A DNA stretch of 64,000 nt from Lingula anatina. Lineage: Eukaryota; Animalia; Brachiopoda. How positions within the stretch are numbered: position 1 is the stretch's first letter; each line of letters starts with the position of its first letter. This document shows positions 1 to 20,830 of this stretch, one piece after another. The notes beneath the pieces are model-generated. The model was not told the DNA's origin, ran no database searches, and saw only the letters and a program-made list of their open reading frames with translations. The stretch covers positions 4,278,001-4,342,000 of the forward strand of contig CM120647.1 in assembly GCA_051362555.1 (NCBI GenBank), read 5' to 3'. The position numbers were made by a program, and so were the translations under genes.

Positions 1-1379
1 AGGGTAATTTGGGATTGACACACAAATTTTTGCGTGACTAAGCGCTATGGAAGACGCCTTTATTCGGTTTAAGCGACCACCATGGATTTTTGATTTCGTG
101 TGTTGCAAGACTGGGGGAATGTCTTGAGATTGAACCCAAGTTAAACATTTTTTGTCCCTTGCCACTCACTTAATTAGCAACATAATTTACTTGGATCTGA
201 AATCTGTTTAATTTATGTAATTTACTACGAATTTATTTCAATTTGTTCTTCGTGTGAATACAATTAGGAACTATTGCTAATTGGTATTCGCAGAATTGAA
301 GCTCTTTGGTGGTATTAAGTCATTGCTAACGAGACGGAAGCGGAAATGGAATCGCATGATGATTTAAATAAACAGAACATAGCATTACACGATTAAATAC
401 CTGTGATTCGAAACTCACTGATCTCCAACCACCGTTTTTAAGTTTTCCAGATGGTCTTAAGACATATAACTAGATGAAGTACTCTAATCAAATTAAGACA
501 ACGCTTCCTTTGTGTTGATTAATAAATGAATTGGTTTATACGATTAATTATTTGAATGTTCGCTGACTTGACGGAACTAGTTTCAATACTTGTTTTTTAA
601 CCTCCAAAGGTATTGTATTGTATTGTATTGTATTGTATATTTTGTATTGTCACCATGCGACTTCTTGGGATTTTTCTTTAATGGCTGAAGTGACAGTCGC
701 TTCTGCTAATCAAGTTGACTTTTATATGTGTTTTGGACGTACATGTAGCTATCCAGAAGTTTACAGACCCCCCTCCTCACGTGTTTTATTTTCTCTTAGT
801 TGTCTTTGTCATGACTTTTTACATCTGGTTGTAGTAACTCAAAGAACAAATGAGTCTACACTTTCAAACCAAAATTTTAGTAGAAATCAGGAGCCCACTA
901 GATCTTTAATATTGCGCCTGTTTTAAAACAGGATTAGCACGGCTAGTACTTACAACCAGTAGTTACTTTATTATAGTGGATGACTACGTATTTTCCCTTA
1001 ATTCATGTAAGAAAAAATCAAGTTTGAGCCTTACGACCGACGTTCGGTCTGAAATTCCTCGTGAAAACCAGCACTTGGCACTGTACAAAAACGTACCGCT
1101 TACTAATCACGTCTTCACCACCGCTTTGCACTGGGCGGTGCCAGCCACCGAATTCAGTCCCAGGGATCGGTCAGCGCGTGGGTCAGTATGACTGGACAGT
1201 GGACACTAAGCATCTCCCAGTTTCTTGGACTGATTGGCCGGATCGTTTGACAAGCCGGAAGAACTTTTCTTCCGATGAATTTACGCACGCAGAGAACTAT
1301 TTTATTAATAGCGGCGAATATCGAAGGGCCTGGAAGAGTCTTGAGGATTCTAGTTCCTCTCTCTCTCTCTCTCTCACTT

Positions 1380-1422
<43 letters not shown>

Positions 1423-1983
1423 CACGGACACTAAAAACTTGTAATATTAGCGCTCCCTTTGCTCTCAAAAAGACGAAAAGCACAGAAAACCACAACACGA
1501 AAAGCAAACGCCTTAATTCATTTTGCCACCGCCCTGATCCCGAAACTCAACAAATAAAACGGATTCTAGATACGTGTAAATACAACAGATTTAGTGGGGA
1601 CAGAGCGGGTCTTTTAATAGATTATATTTGTACAGAAATCAGGGAAGAGAAGCCACAGACGTTGCCAAAAACACACCCGCGGTCCCATCAACAAAACCTG
1701 ATCCGGCCGGGAACCAGTCTAAACAACACCCTTTATTGTCCATCCAGTTCTCTGGGCCCTTATCCTAATCAAGGTGGCCAGGAACATGTATTTGAACAAG
1801 GGTATCGCCACAGGAAACAAGTGTCTAGTTGTCCGCTACTTGAAGTATAGATTAGCCGGCCTTAAAACAATTTGCTTGTCGTGCGTTGCACTGAGAGCGT
1901 CGGATCGTTTACTCAGCAGAGGACGCGGGGCTTGTCAAGTGTCTTTTGCTCATGCGGGTTTCTCATGTAACTTGGTCTCCACA

Positions 1984-2022
<39 letters not shown>

Positions 2023-4647
2023 GACGATGATATAATGATATAAAGCACACACACACACACACACACAGACACACACACGATCTTAATTGATAAAATGTAT
2101 ACGTTGAAATAATATCGAATGAAAATAAATATTTAAATTAAAAGAAAAGAAATAAATTTGAAAAATTGAATATGTAACAATATAATATTGAACAGAATAA
2201 AATAAAATAGAATGAAGTAAGAAAGATGATCGCCATGTACCATCACAGAATTAGAGCGGGACGAAGGCGAAACATCAAAAGCTTCATAAACTGTTATAAA
2301 ACACACGAGGGAAAAGTGAATACAAAGATAACAACATGGAGAAAATTAATTTAAATCGAAAGTAATGATCAGGTTTGCTGAATTGACCCTTACCTCTTAC
2401 CTTGTATTTTGGGGATTATATTATAGAAATGACTGAAATAGGGCGTCAACCGCGCGTTTGACGCTCCGTGGCCTAATAAGACTCACGCTACCAGGCTTGG
2501 AGCTGCCACAGAGGGTGTCTTTCTCACCGTGCGCTGTCGTTCGCGTTCTCGGCAGCGTCAATGAGTAGCTCACTGAAAGATATGACGGGGACGCTGCGAC
2601 ACTTTTGCAAAATGAAGTGCGCATTTGGAGTGATTGGGATAGTGTTAAGATGGTTAATGTAAATTCCATGGGAAAACTGCCACCAGTTATTTTCCGAATA
2701 TTTCGTGTATGCTGTTAGTACTTTAAAATTTTTCACAAAATGAAGGTTTTCGTTTTGAAATTAACTCTATCAACTGCTGCTCGTATTCACGTGCTGAGGA
2801 TGTGCTTGGTTTGCAAAACTTATCTGTCGAGTGTTTATGGGTTACAATTGTTTTTGACGTAGGCGCGTTAATTTTAATAAGAAAAGGTATAATTTAGCTT
2901 CATTTATTTACTCCTCATTCCGAAATATCCCTATGGTAAGGTTTCAAACATATTAAGAAAGAGCTGTAATTAAAACTTTGTTTTTGCGTCCCACTTTTTC
3001 ATTCAAAAATATATTTTTCATCGAACAAACGGCTTGCAGTAAAATACTTAGACTACAGTAAAATATCAACTGTTATTTTATTTATCACAACCGTACGCGC
3101 ATCCTTATCGTATTTCATTGCTACCATTTTACAGAATATCAAATCTACCATCTTATTCAAAGTTGCTCATCGTGTGATTATTAAACATTATAAGGTTTTT
3201 GATGAATATTTTAACAAAGACGATAATAAAAAAAAAAAAAAACTTGACCAGTTCCTTCGACGGTTCCTTCAAGGCGTACCTCGAATCTCCAAAAGGACAT
3301 AAATTAGGACATAAAGGCAAAGGGAGTTGTCCGAATGACCTGACCACTAACACTCTTCAATTAACAGCGACTATACACGTGGTCACCTCTAATTGCAGGT
3401 GCACTTCTTATACCTTTTATTTATTGTTTACGTTTACTTTTTACGTCACTCAGTAAAAAAACAACGTCGTAACAGAAAATCATCAGCTGCGCATTGCGTG
3501 TAGAGAATGGCCAAGCCATTTTTGAAGTTAAAAATGCAAATGTCCAAAGTGGATAAAGAAAAAAGTTCTCCAATTATTATATCCATTGGACAGTTTGCAT
3601 ATTAAAGAATGCACCTGCAGAAAAAAAACATACTTTTAAAATTTGTCGTGATTGGAGAGTTACTATAGGGAACGCCGTTCACATTGTATTGAAACATCAG
3701 TCCGTTTCTTTGGTCAATATTTGTCTTTTTGGTGGATTTATCGTTCATAAGTTTTTAATCTCTTAAACGGTCGTTCAGTCGCGTTTTTTAGTATCAACAA
3801 AATTGCCCTATTTTTAAACATACTAATGCACAGCATACAAAGGTTGACGTAACTTATATTATATATGAAGTAATCAGCTCAAAAGTAACGACTTAAATTC
3901 AAAATCATATAATCACATTTAATATAAAAGAAATAGAACACATCAGCCGCGTAACTTTATTTAATCTATTTTCTCCACATCCACCAACAACCCTTGCTTA
4001 TGTCATTTTAAATCACCGCCCATTCAGTCACAGTTGTAAGCTTCTTGTTCCCATATTAAATTTCGCCTATAATTTATAATCGTTTGTATGTCAACACTCG
4101 AGAGTGAGCAAAGAGGATTGTTTACCCACTGCTTCAGAGCTGGGGTTGTATCCTGTGGACATTGAAGATAACCTGTGTCGGCGTTCAGCTTTCTACAATC
4201 AAAAATGACGAGAGAAGCCTTTGAAGGAAGCCCGACGGAGCTTTGTGTTTAGAGATCGTGCCCGCCTAAATTTTTGGAAAATTTTCACCTCTCTTTTTCG
4301 GACTTTGCCCCCTTATAATTTACGCTCATGAATTAAGTTTAAGGAGAAATATATGTTTTTTATTTTTTCTGGGATAACGGTCCCCACGTATGATTCTAAC
4401 ATATTTTATACATATACGATGAATGAACTGGGCCTTTTCAGCGGTTATATGAACTTGAATTAAATTTTCTTGGGGAACGTAACTTCAGACTGAGCCACCT
4501 TCCCACCTGGTCAGTTCAACTATGTCCATTCATCGATGACTAGATGTCTCGATGGTTCCAACTATTATGGTAAGAATCATTTTGTTAGAAATAAATGAAA
4601 AGCACCGTGCACATTTTTCGTGTAGGACATCCGCAATAGTTTTTTAA

Positions 4648-4694
<47 letters not shown>

Positions 4695-4910
4695 GAAATA
4701 CTCTGTTTACCTGTTGTAAACCTCCCTTGTTTCTTGGACACACACGAACACACATTTCTACACCTGATCAAAAATCCCTCCCCTTGCCCCCCCCCCCCCC
4801 CCCTCCAATAAATTCCTCACCCCCCTTTGCCCAACCTACAGCACAGTGTGGCGTGAGGCGATAATTACTTGATTAATAATCATAATACTCCTTGGACCTG
4901 TCCATGAAGT

Positions 4911-5042
4911 ATGCAAATGAGCTCGCGCCAGCTCCTTCGGTCCCATAAAGCTGTCTGTCAACTTTGCGACGGTCGGTGATAAATAGACGAACAAGACGGG
5001 CTGGTCCCTCATTCGCGTCACGATTCCATCGCAGGAGAGACC
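4911..5042 (+). promoter_or_regulatory. Candidate Osr-A core promoter (octamer, TATA-like, Inr, DPE-like)
   Basis: ATGCAAAT at 4911-4918, GATAAATA at 4978-4985, Inr TCATTC at 5009-5014 (A+1 = 5011) and AGACC at +28 to +32 (5038-5042, RGWYV). The Kozak-context ATG lies 235 nt downstream. Confidence 0.55.
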
Positions 5043-5245
5043 CTCTTCCCATTTAGAGATGCTGCCATTGTTTCGATAGACAGAACACACAGAAAAGTAG
5101 GCTTAAGTGTTGTTAGGGCAGCGTTGTGTAGTCGCCACTAAGCTTGGAAGATATATCTTTGATAACAACAGGAACTGGACTTTGATTTTATAAAACACGG
5201 GGTTAAAACAAGATTGTCATTAAGGATTTACCTGAGTTTGTCACC

Positions 5246-11749
<6,504 letters not shown>

Positions 11750-12361
11750 ATAATAGTTGTTTGAGTGAATTGACATTTTTTGTTCATTTATGGAACTTCG
11801 TTAGCAAAATCTACTGACTTACACAGTGAAAATACATATATAATTCCATTCACCATTTGATTGAAAAGAAGATCACTAAAACAAAACTCGAAAAAAATAT
11901 TTTTCAGGGTCTCGTGGTGACCAAACTATGATTTTATTATTATCACTATCGATTTGTAAATATATATATGGATATTTATTTTCTTGTATATACGTCACCT
12001 TTGCCGAGCAATTCGGCAAGAAAACAGCATGGAAAATGATCTGAATTTGCAAACCATATAGATATATTAGCTGTACATAGACTACTTTATTTTTAAGTTT
12101 TTGCTGATATTTTAGAAAATGTCAATATTAATTTGTTAATCATTTTGCTACATGCCAATTAGAAAAGAAGAAACCGAAATTCTCAGGGCTAGCGACAATT
12201 ATACCAATGATTACTTGATGATTGAATGGTGCTTTAAGTAATTATGATAATGGAAATTAATTTTAAATTTAATATTTTGTTTTAACTTGAAGCTTTAATG
12301 CTCTTTGCTGATTGGTGCCATAAATTTCAATGTACTAATTTGTTTATAGTGATTTGATGAA

Positions 12362-12625
12362 TGTCTGTCTATATGTTTGTTGCAATATGTCATGTGCTTA
12401 CATGTATCTGCCTTTATGTCTGTCTGTCTGTCTGTCTGTTTGTCTGAATGTCTGTTTTTCTGTATGTATGTTTGCCGCAATGTGTCGTAGTTTCATGTAG
12501 GCCATATGTCTTTGTCTCTTTGTCTGTCTGTCTGACTGTCTGTCTTTTTTTTCGCAATATGCCATGTGCTTGTCTGTCTGTTTGTCCACTTGTCTGTTTA
12601 TCTGTCTATTTGTCTCTTTGTCTGT
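12362..12625. repeat. Degenerate (TCTG)n microsatellite array
   Basis: Repeated tgtc/tctg units with interruptions. Confidence 0.85.
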
Positions 12626-12758
12626 TGACTTCCCACTGCACCCGTCGGCCTTTATTAGTTAAGTTATATAGTAATACGTGTATTTGGCCAGGTTTATTTG
12701 TACAGAGTATTTACACGCCTGGCTCAACTGTTTCAGCATATCAGATTGATATGGATTA

Positions 12759-12794
<36 letters not shown>

Positions 12795-15341
12795 GTCAGT
12801 AAACAACATTTTTAAAAATATATTATCAAGCATGGTAATTAGTATTTAATGATTTTATTAGTTGAGAAGCGCTATGCGTTACTTTACTATTATAACGTGG
12901 ATACTGAAGAGTTATAGGTGATCAATTTTGACAATTTATCGCTATAGGTCACAGCTAGCAATTTGAAATGAGTGAATAAATCGTGCCATATTATATTTAA
13001 TTTTATCAATTCAGTTGATGTATTGGTATAGCTTTCAAAACGCGTGTATAAAATGTATTGCAGAAGTGATACTATGTATATACTGTTTCTACTGATATCA
13101 AAGTTCCAGTGGATTTTTAGCAAAAGCATAGTCGGCTTTAATTAGTGTTTGGTTTCACGAAAGAAACGTTGGCTTAACTTTTAGACCAAATAGGTGGTCA
13201 ATTCCAAAACCAGAATCAATGTTTATTCAATTATCTAGTTAAAAATAGTCTTAAATTTTCGGCTGTAGAATTCAGGCCAATTTTCGGTTTGTAGGCCTTT
13301 TATGAAACAAGGATCTGCAGTGTTTTGAGTTTGAGGAGGTTAATGACCAAAGGGGCGTTGACCTTGGTAGGGATCACCTTAAATGACATTGTAAATGGTT
13401 TCTGTATAAAAGATTTGAGCATATAGGCTTTTGCGTGTTGAACACTTTTCTTTTTATATATAATTACATTGTGAATACTCATGATTGTGTTATTAAAATA
13501 AATTATTTGAATATAAACGAATGGATCTATGTGTTTATTTTTGTTTAATGTATTAAGACAACGTTGAAGATGTTTTAACATCTTAAAAGATGAATTAGCC
13601 ACGTTTTGCAGCAGAAATTGATATATAATGAAACTAAACTTTTTGTAATAATTTCATTTTTTCTTAATCATCGAAAATTGAAAATAAATGCAAATAAATC
13701 GGATGTAATATATTCGATATTAGAACAATATATATATATTTGACAATCCGAGCCTGGTAGAGAGATCAAATAAGATACGTGGAGATTTTATATATATATA
13801 TAACACGAATCTGTGCTCAAGTTCGAAAGATAAATGAATTAAATAAAACAATACGTAGATGATAATTAAATGAACAAAGATGCGAGCATGAGCATGTGTG
13901 TATTCTAAAACTAATACTCGTAATTGTGATGTAGAGTGTATTCAAATGAATGCATGAGATTAAATGCAGGGAATCACAATAGACGCTCTACTCAAAATGA
14001 AATGTGAAGAAAAAAGGCTGTAATTATTACAGAATTAATTCCTTGAAAAATCTGAGGACCGCCAACACGTGAGTCATATCAAAGAAACTACAAAAGGCTA
14101 CACGAAAACAAAAGAAATCGAGCTGAATTTTGATTGGGCTTAGTCGGCCGCCTGCGTTCCGTCTCTATCCCACCGTTGTCATGCAGGAGTGTTTATTCAT
14201 GTCCTTTCTCCCTTCACCCGCCAATCTTCAGTGTCATCAGCGGCGTTCTGAACGCTTCCATGCCTCACAAACATGAATATTAAAGCAGAGTTAAAAGCAC
14301 AGCTCCTCTTGTCTGTTTTGTAACTGTCAGCCTGAACTGTTCTCCATGTCAAATCCATCCCCAAGTGTCGCTTCAACAAAAACGAAATCACCTGCCCGTC
14401 TTTGATCCACCGCCTCTTGATGATGTTGACTTTCCTCGCATAATCGGTGCTAATTGTTGACACTTTTCATTAAGCTGCTACTTGGCGGTGCAGTGAAAGG
14501 GAACGCGTTGTTTGAACTGGAGCGTATTAACTTCGCTCTCTTTTGATGGTTCTTGTATTTAGGTGGCACTTTAAGTTAGCGCACTCGTCACAAGAGGCTT
14601 AGTACCACCGAGAGACGACTACCAATTTGGGTGTATCGCCTGACCTGTAGTCGGCTACCTGAGAAATAGACGTCGGTACTTCTACCATTACTCCATACAA
14701 GACGGCCGCTTATTAAATATGCCTCCCACCTGAAGGCACAAAAAGCGTGGGTCGTGATTTTGTGTTCCCTGAATTAATTTAGCACTTGGTTGATCAATTT
14801 ATAAAGTGATCGAATACACCTTTGATGTTAGATGAATAAAGTTTTTAGATAAACGACGAGAGTGATTGCAACATTGTACTTTGAAAATGTAAAAAAAGAA
14901 AACAAACATTGCAGGTGAAACAGTATAATAAAACATTGTAATAAATTAAAAAAGGGAAATACACATGAAAAACGAGATATCCACAAAACTGATAAGCAAA
15001 AATATAAAGAAGTTAAGAACCACGGAAACAAATAAGTGCGATCACCTGAGCTATTACAAAGATGAAAAATAAATAAATTAGTCAGACAAAGCGACATTCG
15101 TGACCGTGTACCCAGTTTCTTCCTGGTCAGGACAAACAATTACCCACGTGGAAACACGCCATCATTCTTTCCATAGCTGGGATACACGGTGACTACCACA
15201 AGCATGTTTGCCGTATAAACCCAGTTAGGGGACTACGTGATTTTGCTCATACTCCAAATTTAGTGGCCAGGTGGGCGATTATGGTAATACAAGTGACGGG
15301 GGGTTAGTAATATGTATAGGCCCATGGCTGCCGCAGTGTGT

Positions 15342-15372
<31 letters not shown>

Positions 15373-17121
15373 GGGGGAGGGGGGGAGTAAATTAAAAAAA
15401 AAAAAAACTCCCAATTCATGTCGGTAATTGACGCTTCTTTTGTAATTTGCGTTGTTTGTTTGGGTTAGATTTGAAAAGTTGTCGCCTTGCTGCAGTTGAT
15501 TCTATAAGCCAGAATGTCTATCGTTATGATTATTAAGTTGCTTTGAAATTTTTCTTTTGAGGGGGCGGGGGGCAAAAAGAAAGCGCACGCACGAACACTT
15601 AGCACATCCAAATTCATTCGCACACAAAAACCATTTCCTCATTATATCTAAATGCTTATACTGATTTTCAAGATATATAACAGTGGCAGCTTTTTTTCCG
15701 AGAATTCTCAGCCATTTTCCTTAACCTTCATCACTATGACGTATCATGTCGAGACGCACTTTAATGTCGAACCGTAAAAGTTCTGTCTACTTGTGTTTCA
15801 CCCTTCCTATAACATTAACATTATAAGAGATGAGACTCACGCAGCACGCTACCGCTGCTTCAGACGTTGCAACACCCCGGACCTCTGTAACGGCTAACTT
15901 TGCCCCGTGGAACATCATGTTTCTGTCACAGGCACTAGTCTGATTGTGGGATTACAGGGCACTTACGCCAAACTGACACCAATTGATTGCTGTATTGGGA
16001 ATTGGAAAAGAAGGTAGAGCAGATACCATACAACAATAACATATGTGTACAGTTATAGTAGAATGTTCATGAGCAGCCATGAGCAAGTAGTTTTGTTTAT
16101 ATAATATAGTGACGTGCAGTATGGTCCATAGGGTCTACTAGTTAACCCACATACGATATCGTTATATATATTACATAGGATAATGGGGAAAACGAAATAA
16201 TTTGTTAAAACTTCGTTGGCTGCTAACAAGTATGTCAGAATCCACTGTATAGATTCTTTTAAATATCCATCGGACTTCGTTACATCAGTATTTGTGTATC
16301 CTTTGTGTCGTTATTGTAGTCTTAGTAATGTACTTACAATATAATGTAATTCCATTGCAACTGTAAAATTTTACAACACTTAACAAAAATATATTCTAAA
16401 TTATCGCTCCTCTTCAACCAGCGACGAGTGTCCTTTTTACAGAGATTCTTAATATACAAACCGGAGGACTCGATACATGTAGAAACATTGGAGTTACATT
16501 TATCTGATAAAGCGTTTGGTGTAACATTCATCAGTTTACGTGATTAAAATTATAGCTAGTATTTTATGTGAATGCTATAATTCATACGCTGCACTAGTTT
16601 TTTCATATAACTATACATGTATATACAGCTCTAAATTTCCGAGTTTCGTATTTGACGATGGATGTATTCTATTTGCCTCTAATTGGCTGATCACAAATAC
16701 TGTCAAATGATATGTTTATATACAGATTCCTGTAAATCAATTTGTTTGATCTCCATGTTTTATTTCTGGTGAAAAGAAGAAAATGTGCACTTTTCTTGAA
16801 ATTGTGCAATTAAATACCTGTTACGGCGCATATGTGTAGGATTTAGACTATATATATTGATGTCGTTTTCTACTGTATATTCTATTTCTATTTCACCTGA
16901 TACACGAGATGGACGTTTTACTTCAAAAGTACGTTTAAAGGGGGATTGAGAAGCAAATTTCCATTATCTTTTTCTGACATGCAACATTCATGGTTTTATA
17001 TGGTACTGGGATGCTATAGAATATTTACGTCTGGCAAACCCGTTGTTCTTTTAATATACATGTATTTGTTTATTTCAGTTAATTTCATCATAAATGAAAC
17101 TTCACCTAGTGAATAAATGAG

Positions 17122-17158
<37 letters not shown>

Positions 17159-20100
17159 AAATCGCAGGACAAATAATGACTGCGTTTCAGGAAGCGATCC
17201 CCGTCAGTTGAAGTTGCTGTAGGTTGAATCTGCAGTTGTCACTGTCAATTCGCTTCATAGAGAAAAGCACTCAATAAATAGATATATTTGTATACCACCG
17301 TTTGAACTTGGGCTTGTCCACACTTAAGCCAGCTGTTAGCGTCGGAGACATATCGGCTTTAAGTCATCTTTCCTGAAACTGCGTGACAGCGTACACGTGT
17401 TAAACAGCGGCAATTTTTCTACTTGAGAGCAGGAGCGCTTTTCAGCGTTCGGTTCGAATCACGCTTTGGTTCCTTGAAAATGTCAGCCTGTCACACGTTG
17501 TTGCGCTACCTGGTGAGGAGGATGAAGTGCCACGATTGATGTTCTTTTTCACCTGAAGGCCCACTTAACGAACGCCGTGACCGCCCGTGTACACGTGCGT
17601 GGTGAGAGGCTTAATTCCTAATACAGACAAAGTAGTTGTATCCTTTGACGAATGTGTTTACGCCCTTTGTGGAGCATTTGTTCTAGGTCGGTGATTTTTT
17701 TCTTTTTTTTTTTCATTCAGACAGTCCCATTCTTTCGGCGCATATTCTCTTGTTTCTCACAGCATTGCTTTCAATAAAAGACCATTTCATAACAGTAACA
17801 ACAGCTGTAGGTCTCTAGTTGTTTGATCATTTATCCTTGTTTGTCAATTCCTTGCTCTTCTTCACCGTCATCCTCACTTGTGGCAAAGAAACAAACGTTT
17901 TTTGAACAATTTCTCTTTGTCTTTTTTCTTTTTTTTTTCTCGTCCTAGTAGTCATCAAATTCGACATCAGCGTAAGCCAAATCAGAGCTGCCGCCATGCA
18001 AGGCTTATATTCATATATTAGTAAAGTAGAAACGTGGTTTATGAAGCGGTTTAGAACAGTAGATTCAGAAGTGTATCATTATTTTTAGTTATCTTTTTCT
18101 TCCTTTCCATTCCTTCGCTGTCGTCTACGTGTTTTGTTTCATAAATCCTTTCCCATCAATGTTTTTGGTACATTTTTGACCCACAAACACACACACACGC
18201 AGGCGCGCTCCCGCGTGCAAACGTGCGCATTACTGTTCTCAATACTTTTATTCATTATGTTTAAGTCTTTTGACAGTTTTGATCCGGGTATTCCTTTTTA
18301 TTCATGCTAGAATCCGCCGAGGACAGATTCCCGGAGTGTAAGTAAACAACACACCTTGAGGATCCAATTCCATAACTTAATAGCCTTTTCTTAATTTATA
18401 ATCACTTTTTAGGTCATTACGCACCCTATTTCTGTAGTAAATCCATTATTTATCTCACAAACTCTTCCCTAACCTACCTACTGGTATTTACCTGAAAATA
18501 GCCTTTTTGCTTTTTTATTAGAATTGTTTCAGAAACGTTCTGTCATAAACAGGAAGCCGCTTTGCAATTTGCTCCAGACTCCTGGGACGCAGGGCCACCA
18601 TTAAGTACGACGAAACTCCCACATTACCAGTAAACCTCTCATTTGGAGTAGAAGGCTACCCAGAGATGACAAGGTCACGAGGCGGCTTCGAGCTTCTAGG
18701 CAAGACGTCCCGGAAACTCTCCTGGTAATCACCGCTCTTGGTAATCGACTCTGAAAAGCCGCTCTTAAAGCCAACCCCCGCGAGCACGACGGGACGCCGG
18801 CGGCTCACGAACGTCGATCTCCTAACGGCCTCGGGGCCGTCACTCCCAATTTCTTGGAGCGTTCCTTTTCGGCAGGCAGGTGCGTTATGGTAGTATGGTA
18901 GCATGGATGTTGGACTCTATGGTCGTTAGAACACAGGGGGTCCCTATAGCTGATACTAGGAATGGAGTCTGGCCTGCTACTAGACGTATTGGCATCTTGT
19001 GGCTTGTTGCCGTTACCTTGCCAAATTTGATGCTGGCCGGTTTCTGTTCATGCTCCGTCGGTTGTTTCTATCCTTATGTATTTGTAACCCAAGCTTTATG
19101 TGCTGTGCTGAATGCTTCCTCATCAGACCACTTCAATTCAATTCAATTCAATTCGATTGAATTGATTTATTTTTCTCATTTACACATAGAGAACATATAT
19201 GCATACATGTAAATATGGCATATAAACACACATAAGCGCACGTGCATCTAACCAGGAGGGATAACTCTCTCATTAATGATCTTGATAAATTTGCATCAGA
19301 TGTGTTATGCATTTAAAGTTACAGTATTAACTCTTTCCCTGAAGAAAGTGTCTTGTGAGACATTGTAATTTGTAGTGGTAAAAGGGAGTGACATAGGTCA
19401 CATTTAGCTATCTGTGAAGGAATTATCATTATATACCAGTACTATTACTTGTTTGTTATACAGTAAGTCTATATACTGTATTGTTTTTATATGCAAGTTA
19501 TGATCGTTATTCCTGTTTTTCTGTCTCATCTTTTGTGTGTGCCTAGTAAGATCAATGAAAGTAAAATACTCACTTTGGAAATATGGCGTATGGCATACAA
19601 CATTTGGAAACGATTTAAACCGCATGAAACTGATTTTTTTGTGTGTAAATATGTGAACACAACCGCAGTTTCCTAGTACTAAGCATCGAATATGGTTCTG
19701 TTCCAATCTGTGTCAAATTATTTTGCAATAGAATATCCAAATATAACCTGCTTTGTAAAAAAATGAATAGTCCGAAAATGGTTCATCATGCTATTTCAAA
19801 CGGTTTTCCTGAATACTCATAATCATTGATCAAATCACCCCAAAAGATTGATGTATTTCAAGAATGTGCCAAATCACGCAATGGTAAAACACTTTGGAAC
19901 AAGAAGACATTGTAGAATTGAGGACACATTGAACAATTGCCCCAAGGTGCAGGTCAATTTCATCAATGGGATCCCTGTGAAAGTTTTACGGTATTGCATT
20001 CCGTTCCAAGACGAACTTACCTCTTGGAATATTTCAATGTCATACGTTTTGATTTTCTTTCTGAAATAAAAGGCCATTTTTGTACCTGACGAAGGTTTAA

Positions 20101-20739
20101 GTAAAATCTCTTTCACTGATCTAATTGTAGTACTATTGGGTTTTCAAATACAAAATCATGCTCTCTGACCCTTTCACCAATACAGTGGAGGAAGTTTAAA
20201 AGATTTGAATATTCCCAAAAGTTCAACGAAATGATAGCACGTTGTTTTATAGTTGGTAATTTCTTCAGTGGCAGAGAAATGACGAAAACAGGAGGGAGGG
20301 ATACGTATGTTGTCACAGGGAACGTATTAACGAAATATTTTATTAAAAGTTGGAACATTTAACTGTTTAACTTAACTGAGATTGACTGCACACAATGCTT
20401 GGCTCGAATATGCCATTGAGACAATTCATGTCTTTTTCTATGAAACAATTCGTACATCATACATGTTTTCATAGAAAGAAGTTCTCACAAAATACCTCGA
20501 ATAGTAGTATTTCTATTAAACGTTAAAGGCGCCTTTCACACATTTTGTGTACGTGTACCCTGCAAGTGTTTTATGTTAGAAGAGTACCTTATTGAAGATT
20601 AAAATACCAAATATTCTTGTTTGTCCTTTCTAAACCCCAGTGCCCTACAAGACACAGTGCTATTCTATATGTCACTGGTGATTTGTGTGAGCGCACTCAA
20701 CAGGAGTACAAAAAGGCAAAAAAGCACATTTAAGACAGG

Positions 20740-20830
20740 AGAAACTGACAGGGAATACCTTAAGGTAAAAAACCCAGTCGTCTCACGACGTCATTGCAAT
20801 CAGTGTGATTCGGTATATATCGGGGCCCAT
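20740..20830 (+). mobile_element. Penelope-like element GIY-YIG endonuclease fragment (degenerate)
   Basis: Translation KNPVVSRRHCNQCDSVYIG resembles the PLE motif VVYxIxCxxCxxxYIG. Confidence 0.5.

Noticed and set aside
618-2043. Several ORFs of 70-190 aa at the window start
   Set aside because: They are built on (CT)n repeats (SLSLSL, ERERER), with no recognisable domain or splice-consistent structure.
17425-17465. GGTTCGAATC B-box-like motif suggesting a tRNA or SINE
   Set aside because: No A box, cloverleaf or acceptor stem.
18656-19212. GC-rich ORFs between the Osr genes
   Set aside because: No recognisable homology or exon chain; probably repeat-derived or regulatory.
19400-20360. 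Possible LINE reverse transcriptase remnant on the minus strand (FQMLYA-like)
   Set aside because: Too degenerate to support without a tBLASTn search.
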